A stretch of 63,978 bases of DNA, the filler included, from Stramenopiles sp. TOSAG23-3 (Eukaryota): the NCBI GenBank assembly GCA_900128585.1. It is 5 parts of 5 records of this genome, joined end to end, with 100 filler letters (N's around TTAATTAATTAA, not from the genome) between each part and the next. Parts side by side here need not be neighbours in the genome. Positions count along the whole stretch, not along the records: positions 1 to 12,734 come from LT642664.1; positions 12,835 to 25,558 come from LT642665.1; 3 more parts are not named here. One strand, 5' to 3'. A program made the position numbers and the translations under genes. Positions 11,041 through 19,450 of this stretch are shown here, piece after piece (position 1 is the first letter of the stretch; each line of letters begins with the position of its first letter). Below the pieces are notes generated by a model. It was not told the origin of the DNA and did no database searches. It saw only the letters and a program-made list of their open reading frames with translations.

Positions 11041-12699
11041 TCACCGGGAGAGATGGACCAGGTGAAAATGGTGGAGCTGGTTCCCCCCGCTGGAACCACC
11101 GCACACGGCCCCCAGGCTCCCTTCCTCGTTTGCATCGAACCAAAGGGCGGGGTAGTCTCTATTCGGCAGCTTTGGGGTCAGGTTCCCGTTCGAAAAGTAC
11201 TCGCTCCCCGCGCCGCCGCTGGAGGACGAGGTGTTCCACGTTCGCACCGCCCCGTCCGCCCCCCAGGAAAAGAGCCCGTTGCCGCCCTTTCGCTGCCGCA
11301 CGAATGCCGCCCCGTAGGACGCCCCGCGGTGGCCCGCAAAGGTCGCGCTCTCCCGCTCGCACCCCTCGTTCTCCCTGTTCTGTCGAACGTCCCACAGCTT
11401 CACCGTCCCGTCCCCGCCGGCCGACGCCAAACGGTTGCTGTCGTGCGCGGAGTAGGAGACGTTGCTGACAAAGGTGCCCCGGTGGGCTTGGAACGACTGC
11501 ACCGTCCCGCCCGTGCGAGGGTCCACGATGCGCACGCTGCCGTCCGAGAGGCCGGCGGCGACGGTGCACGTCCGCGCGCACGTTCCCGCGCCGTACACGA
11601 AGCAGACGTCGCCGTCGTTCCGCCCGGGCGTCCCGCCGGCGGGGACGGACTGGACAGAGAGGCGGGGCTGAAACTGCCACCGGCCCACGACGAGCCCGCG
11701 CTCGACGTCCCACATGGAGAGAAGGTCCTCGTGCCCCGTCAGCAACGCGGACCCGTCCTCCGGGAAAAACTGGCACACGTACACTTGGTGCTTCTCGCCC
11801 TGGTAAAAGACCCCGACCTGCTGCGAAGATTTTAGGTCCCACAGGATGACGTTCCCCGACGCGCCGGCAGTGGCCAAAAACGGAGACGCGACCCCGACCC
11901 CCCACGACAGCCGCAAGCACTCATCGTGGTGGCCGTGGAGCCGGGAGACCCACCGGATCCGGTACACGCTACCATCGTCGCAAAAAATCGTGCGGGGATG
12001 ATCCTCACGGTGACGCTGGCCGTGGCCGCCCTTCCCTGCCCCCCCCCGCCCCCCCTCCTGTTCCCGAAGCCACGCGCCTTTGTACCAGGTGGACTCCCCC
12101 TGGCTGGAGAAGTGGTCCGGCGACGAGGCCACTTTATGTTCAAACTCTTCCTTCCCGCTCTCCCCCCGGCCGGCGACCCTCGCCGCGGGGACCTTGATGA
12201 CTTCCCAGACGCACGCGCTCCCGTCCTGGGACGCCGTGGCCAGCATGTTCATGTTTTGCACCCGCTGCGGGGCGAACTTGCAGTGGAAGATCCTGTCCGT
12301 GTGCCCCCCGAGCACCCGCATCGAGGGCATCTCGAACTTCGCCTGCGCGGGCGGCCGTTGGACCGGGGTCGCCGGGGACGACGGGCTAGCCGGGCGGCGA
12401 AGGCACGGGGGCGGCGACGACGACGAGGACGCGAGGGGCGCCCCCTCGGCCCCGGGACTGGGGGCGTTGCCCACGAGCGTGGCGCCCCGCGGCGTCGAGA
12501 GCGTCGGGAGGGGCGGGGTGGACGCCTGCGGGGACGCGGGCGGCGGCGGCGGCGACTGCTGCGGCGCCAGGTCCGGCCTCCTTCGGATCACTGGGGCTGG
12601 GACATCAAAGACGACATAGGGCACGAGCTTGGGCTTCTCTTCGGAGAGGGCCGGACTCGAAAAGACGGGCAGGGTATTGCTGCTGCCGCCCCCGTCCAT
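11041..12699 (-). CDS. WD40-repeat protein with Pro/Ser-rich N-terminus (5' end abuts contig end)
   Basis: GHTDRIFHCKF..LATASQDGSACVW, LASAGGDGTVKLWD and FSWGADGAVRTW. The true start may lie beyond the poly-C run and contig edge. Confidence 0.8.
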   Translation of the reverse strand: MDGGGSSNTLPVFSSPALSEEKPKLVPYVVFDVPAPVIRRRPDLAPQQSPPPPPASPQASTPPLPTLSTPRGATLVGNAPSPGAEGAPLASSSSSPPPCLRRPASPSSPATPVQRPPAQAKFEMPSMRVLGGHTDRIFHCKFAPQRVQNMNMLATASQDGSACVWEVIKVPAARVAGRGESGKEEFEHKVASSPDHFSSQGESTWYKGAWLREQEGGRGGAGKGGHGQRHREDHPRTIFCDDGSVYRIRWVSRLHGHHDECLRLSWGVGVASPFLATAGASGNVILWDLKSSQQVGVFYQGEKHQVYVCQFFPEDGSALLTGHEDLLSMWDVERGLVVGRWQFQPRLSVQSVPAGGTPGRNDGDVCFVYGAGTCARTCTVAAGLSDGSVRIVDPRTGGTVQSFQAHRGTFVSNVSYSAHDSNRLASAGGDGTVKLWDVRQNRENEGCERESATFAGHRGASYGAAFVRQRKGGNGLFSWGADGAVRTWNTSSSSGGAGSEYFSNGNLTPKLPNRDYPALWFDANEEGSLGAVCGGSSGGNQLHHFHLVHLSR

Positions 12700-12734
12700 G
12701 TCTACGTGCCCCCCCCCCCCCCCCCCCCCCCCCC

Positions 12735-12834
12735 NNNNNNNNNNNNNNNNNNNNNNNNNNNNNNNNNNNNNNNNNNNNTTAATTAATTAANNNNNNNNNN
12801 NNNNNNNNNNNNNNNNNNNNNNNNNNNNNNNNNN
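12735..12834. other. Artificial contig linker
   Basis: N44-TTAATTAATTAA-N44, which has stops in all six frames. Confidence 0.97.
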
Positions 12835-13308
12835 AGCGTACTAAAATAAAATATAATCCTATCATTACTTTACACTACTCAATCTTATACTAATCATCAC
12901 TGTGTGAGAGAGCCAGCGAAAAAATGAAGTGGTAAATTTAATTGTAATTTTGTAATAAAAAAAAAGGGGGGGGGGGCACTTCGTAGGTTATATTTAATTA
13001 TATAACTAAACTTAGGACTGGAGAGACGAAATAAGCCTAGATCTTCATAGTCTCTAAACAAAATTTAATATTGTGGCGTATTTTGTCACTTCAGCACTGT
13101 GTGAGCTCACTTATAATCTACACCACTGAAAAAACAAAGAAGATATCGTCTTTCTACTTGAAGTTCAGAGACGAAGGTATTGAAAGACATATGTGTGAGT
13201 GTGTGGAAAAGAGAAAGAAAGGTAGGTTTGGTTGAGGGGTTTTATAAATACAGAAAAGAAAAAGTATCCCACGTATAATAACCATTGGCATATAACGGAT
13301 TTTACAAC

Positions 13309-15399
13309 ATGAAACTAAAAGCAACTGCATTGGCTCTCTGCGTCGCTTCGTCGTCTTTGACGGCAGTAGCAACAAACTCTATCTGCAAAGAACCGATCAC
13401 GTTCTACAACGACTGCGAGTTCAAGGAGAAGAGTTCCGCGGTCAGCATTGACAAGGATAACACCCTGACGACTATTGCGAAGGCACCAAAAGCTGTGAAT
13501 GTCCCTGCTGGATGCAGGGTAACGTTGTTCTCGGCCACGTCTACAATTCACTCAGCAAACAAACCCTCGCATGGAATGTTTATCAAAGGCCCAAAGAAGC
13601 TTTGTGTGGCCAAGCATCACATGGTTCCTGTTGCCCTGGAAATCAAGCACGACACAGACTCCGCCGTGATTGTAAATGATATCGAAACATTGCAAGGCAG
13701 AAACAGCGCACTGCAGGACAAGCTCAATTCCCTCGAGTCGGCGCTGGGCTCGTTGCAAACGCAAGTCGAAAGTGGTGCATTGAGGGGTCCTACTGGAGCC
13801 CAAGGTTTACCAGGAATCGAAGGAAGACAGGGCATCAGAGGTGCCACAGGAAAAGGAGAACCCGGTAAAGATGGAGTGGGAGCTACTGGTAGCCCAGGCC
13901 GCCCTGGCAAAGACGGGAGGGATGGACGCCCGGGGAAAGACGGGATTGGTGCCATTGGAAAGGCAGGACCGAAAGGAGAGCGGGGAGAAACTGGAAGACC
14001 AGGGTTGCGTGGACCAACCGGAATGCAGGGAGCGCAAGGAGAGCAAGGCGCTGCAGGATTAGGGCTTCACTTGAAGATCTTCAAGATTGGCAACTCCTAC
14101 AAGAAAGGCGACTATGTGTTTGTTAAGGGCACCACCCAGGACGTTATGTACGTTGCTGAACGAGACTTTGTTGCGAAGAAAGCTCCTGCCGATGAGTCTG
14201 CAAATTGGGTTTCTTTCAAAGCACCAGCTGGGCCTAAGGGAGCACGCGGCGATAATGGTGCTGCCGGAAAAGATGGGGAAAACGGCGCGCGAGGAGATAA
14301 AGGAGCTCCTGGCACGCCTGGTTCTAATGGAAAAGCCGGCGAAAACGGGAAGAACGGGGAAAACGGAATTGATGGAGCCCCGGGAAAACCAGGCAAAGCC
14401 TCCAAGGGCGAAAAAGGGGACCAGGGTCCCCCTGGAAAGAAAGGTCCGACCGGTCCAGCGGGAAAGGATGCGCCGACGCCCCCGAAGTGCCCAACGTTCA
14501 CGCCTCCACGATGCAAGGAAGGCGAGGACCTTTCGACAAAACCGCATCCGGATATTCCTAATTGTAAATTGGCGTTTTGCAAGCCAGCGCCAAAGCCCGA
14601 ACCGAAGGAACCAGTGCACAAAAAACTTACAACTTGTGGAAAGAAGTGGTCCACAGAGTTGGACTACCCGACCGTACTGAAGTTTGAGTTGATGGGAGCC
14701 GGGGGTTCAGAAGGCGGGGATCGTTCCCAGGGTAACAACGTTGGCGGATCTGGTGCAAAAGTTTCCGGTTCCGTTTACGTTCCAAGTGGAAAGACGGTGG
14801 ACGTTTATGTTGGTTGCCGTGGTACTACTCGCCGTGGCCGCATCGGCGGTGGCGGGGGTGGTAGTTCGGCCATCGTTGTCGATGGGAAGGTCGTCGTTAT
14901 TAGCGGCGGTGGTGGGGGAGGTGCTGGTGTTGGCAGTGCTCCTGGAGGCAATGCCGGCCGAGTTGGTTCAAGTGGTGGACGTGATCAATGCAGGGGCAGC
15001 CATGGAGGAGGAGGTGGCTCACAGACTTCCGGTGGCAACGGTGGGGGCGGCAATAGGGGCAAACCAAATGGGAGAAAAGGAGGCGACGATGGCACTGGTG
15101 GAAATGCTGGCCAAACGAATGGAGCACCGGGCGGATGGGGCTTCAAAAACGGTGGACACTCTGCCAATAACCCGGGAGACGGAGGCGGTGGCGGCGGCGG
15201 CGCTGGTTACCGCGGTGGTGGCGGCGGCGGTACGGGATGCCATGGAAGTGCGGGAGGGGGTGGTTCATCCTTTACAGCCAACAATGTACAAAAAGCCATG
15301 TTCACAGTAGCAAACAATAAAAATGGCAACGGAAAAGCTGATTTAACGTTTGAGCATTTCTTGGAGCTGAGGGACATTCCCCACGTCATGAGATTGTAA
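13309..15399 (+). CDS. Secreted modular collagen-like protein with C-terminal glycine-rich domain
   Basis: Signal peptide MKLKATALALCVASS, a beta/gamma-crystallin-like segment, a coiled coil, two Gly-X-Y blocks split by a CBM5/12-like module, a small Cys module, and a Gly-rich domain (GAGG..GGSGAKVSG..VYVG). Confidence 0.85.
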   Translation: MKLKATALALCVASSSLTAVATNSICKEPITFYNDCEFKEKSSAVSIDKDNTLTTIAKAPKAVNVPAGCRVTLFSATSTIHSANKPSHGMFIKGPKKLCVAKHHMVPVALEIKHDTDSAVIVNDIETLQGRNSALQDKLNSLESALGSLQTQVESGALRGPTGAQGLPGIEGRQGIRGATGKGEPGKDGVGATGSPGRPGKDGRDGRPGKDGIGAIGKAGPKGERGETGRPGLRGPTGMQGAQGEQGAAGLGLHLKIFKIGNSYKKGDYVFVKGTTQDVMYVAERDFVAKKAPADESANWVSFKAPAGPKGARGDNGAAGKDGENGARGDKGAPGTPGSNGKAGENGKNGENGIDGAPGKPGKASKGEKGDQGPPGKKGPTGPAGKDAPTPPKCPTFTPPRCKEGEDLSTKPHPDIPNCKLAFCKPAPKPEPKEPVHKKLTTCGKKWSTELDYPTVLKFELMGAGGSEGGDRSQGNNVGGSGAKVSGSVYVPSGKTVDVYVGCRGTTRRGRIGGGGGGSSAIVVDGKVVVISGGGGGGAGVGSAPGGNAGRVGSSGGRDQCRGSHGGGGGSQTSGGNGGGGNRGKPNGRKGGDDGTGGNAGQTNGAPGGWGFKNGGHSANNPGDGGGGGGGAGYRGGGGGGTGCHGSAGGGGSSFTANNVQKAMFTVANNKNGNGKADLTFEHFLELRDIPHVMRL

Positions 15400-15434
15400 A
15401 AATTGAAACATGAGTGAAGTGAAGATAAAGTTTT

Positions 15435-15462
15435 AATTAAAAACACAAAATTGGCTGTTATT
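15435..15462 (+). promoter_or_regulatory. Conserved 3'-flank element, copy A
   Basis: AATTAAAAACACAAAATTGGCTGTTATT, preceded by the second module in reverse (GAAGATAAAGTTTT). Confidence 0.7.
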
Positions 15463-15567
15463 GGAATATAAAATGAGAGTCTTAAAGCATACTATATATA
15501 TTTATATATGATAAAAAAAAAAGTAAATTAAAATTAATGTGTATCATACTGCATTTATTTGCCTACG

Positions 15568-15630
15568 AACAGCCAATATTTTATATAATTGTTTTTTTTT
15601 TTTAAATAACAGCCAGCCAATGTTTTGTTC
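15568..15630 (-). promoter_or_regulatory. Conserved 3'-flank element, copies B and C (reverse strand, degenerate)
   Basis: Reverse-strand AAAATATTGGCTGTT (15568-15582) and AACAAAACATTGGCTGGCTGTTATT (15605-15629). Confidence 0.6.
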
Positions 15631-15646
15631 AAAAATCAATAATTTA

Positions 15647-17182
15647 CTACACTTTGCCTGCTTCATCGGTCAACTCAGGAGGGATGTACTGGCTCCCGGA
15701 AGACGTTAGTTCGGCAATACGGCTTTGACGGGCAGGGTTCAGCATTTCGTTTTGCTCCAGAGGACGGAACGTTCTGCTATGATTATTCTGAACTTTTCTA
15801 CTTCGTAGACCATACATACCATCGTAGACCATCCATACCAACGACAAAACAAGGACAAAGCCAATGGCAACATACCAACCTGCGTGGATTACCGACCGTT
15901 GGATTGTAACGTTACCATGCCGTTCATCACACTTGTCGTCCGCGCACCTCGCGCCGTGGGTCGATCCACTCACGGTAAAGACGGTCGAGCAGTTTTCGCT
16001 GCCCTGGGACGAGACCAGCGCTCGGACCGCGGCGTTCACCATCGCAAGGTCCGGGTCGCCCGAGCGACTTGCCCCGTTGGTGAAGACTGAGAACGCGCGG
16101 TCGATGCCGAACGCCAGAAACGTCGTAAACAAGTTGAAAGTGTTCGAGCCGTCGTGGGTGACCACCAGATTGCCGCTGCCCCCGGCCCACGGAAATGATT
16201 TGCAGAACCACCCGTAGCCGTAAGTCGATACCGAGCTGTTCACGGGTTGGTGGAGCGCCACGCACGCCGCTTGGGTCAACGGCGACGACGCGCCTGCCGC
16301 GCCGTTGTGGCAGCGGAGGTGCCAGCCCAAATAGGCGTTCACCGCGGCCACGGGGCCCGAGAAGGTTCCTGCGGGGCCCAACACGGGCGCGTTGTCGCAT
16401 GTGCTCGTGGCGGGATTGCACGGCGTCTGCGCGTCGCCGCTGTGACCCCAGGGCAGGCCGTCGCCGCCGTCGCCGCCGTAGCTCGCGCCTGTGTACGATT
16501 CCGGATCGGTGCCCAGGGAGATCCCCAACTTTGCGAACAGTCGGGTCCGCAACAGTTCCTCCCAGGATTTCCCCGTCAGCTTCTCCATCACGTGCCCGGC
16601 CACAATGTACGCCCAGTTGCTGTAAGTGAAGCCCGTCCCGGGCGACTGCACGGGCGTCGAGGCCATGGCGTCCGCGGCGCATGCGGCACGCTGCGCCACG
16701 ATGTCGCCGGGGTGCTGGCGGGCGTACGCCCCCATGTCTGGCGGATTTGTTGCTATGCCCGCGGCCATGCCGCACAGCTGCCTCAGCGTGGTGCTGGCGT
16801 AGGGGGTGCCGGCAGCCACCTCCGGCAGGAGGGCGCCGAGGGTGGCGTCCCAGCCGGGCGCGGGCACGTCGCCGTCCTGGATCAGGATCGCCAGGAGGGT
16901 CGCCGTCATGCTTTTGGTGTCGCTGCCGATGTGGTAGCGCGCCGGGCCGGAGAAGACCAGCGGACGCCCGGAGTTCTTGACGCTCTCACCGCTCACGCCC
17001 GCCGCGCAGACGGCAGCGTCGGCGCCGCGCACGCTCCAGGCGGCCAAGCCGACGCCGCCGCGGTCCGCCCTGATCGCGGCGACCTGGGCGGTGAGGTTGG
17101 CGTACACCGCCTGGGCGGAGCCGGCGAGGCGGAGGAGGAGGAGCACGAGCGGCAGGAGGAGACCCGTCATAGTTGTTCGCAT
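15647..17182 (-). CDS. Beta-lactamase-family (class C-like) serine hydrolase with signal peptide and C-terminal TM helix
   Basis: SxxK (IGSDTKS), YxN (FTYSN) and HDGS motifs, a hydrophobic leader LLLPLVLLLL, and TM WYVAIGFVLVLSLVWMVY. Start is uncertain (17170, 17182 or 17224). Confidence 0.85.
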   Translation of the reverse strand: MRTTMTGLLLPLVLLLLRLAGSAQAVYANLTAQVAAIRADRGGVGLAAWSVRGADAAVCAAGVSGESVKNSGRPLVFSGPARYHIGSDTKSMTATLLAILIQDGDVPAPGWDATLGALLPEVAAGTPYASTTLRQLCGMAAGIATNPPDMGAYARQHPGDIVAQRAACAADAMASTPVQSPGTGFTYSNWAYIVAGHVMEKLTGKSWEELLRTRLFAKLGISLGTDPESYTGASYGGDGGDGLPWGHSGDAQTPCNPATSTCDNAPVLGPAGTFSGPVAAVNAYLGWHLRCHNGAAGASSPLTQAACVALHQPVNSSVSTYGYGWFCKSFPWAGGSGNLVVTHDGSNTFNLFTTFLAFGIDRAFSVFTNGASRSGDPDLAMVNAAVRALVSSQGSENCSTVFTVSGSTHGARCADDKCDERHGNVTIQRSVIHAGWYVAIGFVLVLSLVWMVYDGMYGLRSRKVQNNHSRTFRPLEQNEMLNPARQSRIAELTSSGSQYIPPELTDEAGKV

Positions 17183-17569
17183 GTATGTGTGTTTTGTGCC
17201 TTGGCGTACCATGACCTCGGGCATTTTGTTCGACGGTAAACGGGTGGAGGAACATCGGACAAAATCTCGTGGAGTTGCTCGCTCTTTATTGAAAAAAGTA
17301 ATAATTAATTTTCGATAATACATTGAATAGCACTAAATAGTAAATAATTTTATTTTTGAGCTGACTTCATGTTATTGTTAGAATTTAGTAGTAGGGTAAT
17401 TTCCTCCCCTTTTCTATAGTACTTCTCTTTATTTATTTATTTTTTTTCCTTCCCCTTTATTTTTTTTTTATTTAGATAATTAATTATTAATAATATATAT
17501 TGTTGCTCTCCTCATTTTTTTTTCAAGGCTTTTTTTTTAATGTTGTTGCTGTTGATGGCCAAGGTAAAA

Positions 17570-18880
17570 TTAGTCCTTTGAAAGGCGCAAAAGCTTTGTA
17601 GAGTGTGGCGCAACCTTAACAGTGCCAGATGTTGGATATTTTCCTTGATACTTGCCGAGAGATGTGCCCGCCCATAAATCTTGGATCTGCGCTTGCGTCT
17701 CACTGCTCCAGCTCTTGTTGGGGTCGATAGGGTCTCCCGAGCCAACGCTCAAAGTTTCAAATTCAAACGAGAACTCTTTGGTCGTGTCATCTTCGTTGTA
17801 CAGTGCAACCACAACATCACCACCCGTCAGCATTCGGGCCCATATGCTTATATCCCCCACAACAACTGGTCTACCTTGTGGGGTAACGTCTTGGTTGATG
17901 GCAAGGATGTCAGTGTTCAACAGAATTTCTTTTTGCAACTCGGTTATCCGTGGTGTACACACGACGCCCTTGTCATTGATCGATGCAGAGGAACACTTCA
18001 TGATCGGAGTAGTAACCACCAACGGCGACGCTGCGATTGCCCACATGCTAAATTCAGTTTTGTATTCATCCGCAGTCATATTACTTTCTTTGCCATTCGC
18101 ATGCGCTGCTTGTGCATAATTCCCTGTTTCCAGCATATCCATGTCGTTCCAACCATACGCTTTGCCCGTGCCACTTGCTGGGATTTTAGCCGTCTCGCTG
18201 ATAATCCTCTTTGTCGAGGACCACACGCCTTCGTGGTCTTCTGTAGACCGCCATGATTGGGCAATATCGAAGCCCCATTCCCACGGTTGGTTCACTCCCC
18301 ACTCGCACATGTTCAAATGGATAGAACGCCCTGTCTTATTGAGGGCTTTTGACATTAGTGGGTACGTCGTTTGTGGAACCAGGCCTTCCGTATTGCACCA
18401 ATCCATTTTTACCCAGTCCACATTCCATTCCGCCCATACAGCAGCGTCTTTGTCCCAGTGGTCTTTTGAGCCAGGGCGGCCGCCTACGCACGTTTTAGTT
18501 CCCGCGCATGTGTATAATCCAAACACGACGCCCCGAGAATGCGCATAATCAACAACAGGCTTCATCCCGTTTGGGAAATGATCCTTCTCTGGAAACAAAA
18601 ACCCGCTTTCGTTTCTTCCGCCAGCCCAACAGTCGTCAAGGTGAAAGTGTCGATAACCGGCCTTGTACAAACCCAGGTCAGGTGAGACGAACGCATCTAT
18701 TGCTGCTTTTACTGACGCTTCGTCACAATAGTCAAATATTGGATGGGCGTCGCCAGGGCCGAGCGCAACCCAACTGGACCACCCCAAGGGCGGAAGTTTG
18801 GAATGCGGGGCATTGTTGTCATAGCTTAGAGCCGGGGCAGCAAAGATTGCCACCAGGACGAACGCATGGATAAGTTTCAT
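17570..18880 (-). CDS. Glycoside hydrolase family 27 (alpha-galactosidase / alpha-N-acetylgalactosaminidase), secreted
   Basis: PPLGWSSW, LDDCW, GLYTCAGTKTC, DWVKMDWC (nucleophile region) and WNDMDMLETGN, plus a signal peptide. Confidence 0.93.
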   Translation of the reverse strand: MKLIHAFVLVAIFAAPALSYDNNAPHSKLPPLGWSSWVALGPGDAHPIFDYCDEASVKAAIDAFVSPDLGLYKAGYRHFHLDDCWAGGRNESGFLFPEKDHFPNGMKPVVDYAHSRGVVFGLYTCAGTKTCVGGRPGSKDHWDKDAAVWAEWNVDWVKMDWCNTEGLVPQTTYPLMSKALNKTGRSIHLNMCEWGVNQPWEWGFDIAQSWRSTEDHEGVWSSTKRIISETAKIPASGTGKAYGWNDMDMLETGNYAQAAHANGKESNMTADEYKTEFSMWAIAASPLVVTTPIMKCSSASINDKGVVCTPRITELQKEILLNTDILAINQDVTPQGRPVVVGDISIWARMLTGGDVVVALYNEDDTTKEFSFEFETLSVGSGDPIDPNKSWSSETQAQIQDLWAGTSLGKYQGKYPTSGTVKVAPHSTKLLRLSKD

Positions 18881-19110
18881 TTTGGAATTTGTGTCCCTGT
18901 GAATACGTTGGTGGGGGGAATTGTCGGGTGTTGTGCGAAATAATTCCTTATGGGAATATCTAACATTTAAAATTATTTATTTTGTTTGTTTCTCTATCTG
19001 CTTTACTAGATGATAGACTAAGACCGACGACCAAAACAGAAAACAATTTTTATTATATATATTATTATTATTATTAATTAAAATATTGTGGTGGTGGTTG
19101 GTGGTGTTGT

Positions 19111-19145
<35 letters not shown>

Positions 19146-19190
19146 TTAATTTTTTTTTTTTNNNNNNNNNNNNNGGGGGGGGGGGGGGGG
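19111..19190. repeat. Poly-G tracts around a 12-N internal gap
   Basis: G runs at 19111-19142 and 19174-19190, with Ns at 19162-19173. Confidence 0.85.
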
Positions 19191-19227
19191 TGTGGGGTGT
19201 GGTGTGAACATTAATTTATTATTTTTT

Positions 19228-19328
19228 AAGTAATTAAATTTAGCTTCCTCATCATACAAATAATACTAAAAACAAGAAAATTGGCTGTTATTATTTTAGT
19301 AAGTATAATTAAATTTAGCTTCCTCATA
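19228..19328 (+). promoter_or_regulatory. Conserved 3'-flank element, copy D, with two copies of the second module
   Basis: TAAAAACAAGAAAATTGGCTGTTATT (19267-19292) with AATTAAATTTAGCTTCCTCAT on both sides. Confidence 0.75.
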
Positions 19329-19450
19329 TACCCTAATCATATAAATTGGATAGTAGAGTACTACAGGTAATTCAGTATTTCTTATTAATTCGATTCTTCG
19401 TATCCGACCATGATACGGGAACTGGTATAATACCTGGTACCGTAATGGGT

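Noticed and set aside
12708-19190. Poly-C/poly-G runs (12708-12734, 19111-19190) as telomeres or G-quadruplex elements
   Set aside because: Pure homopolymers at gap or contig edges with no telomeric unit; length and reality cannot be separated from sequencing or assembly error.
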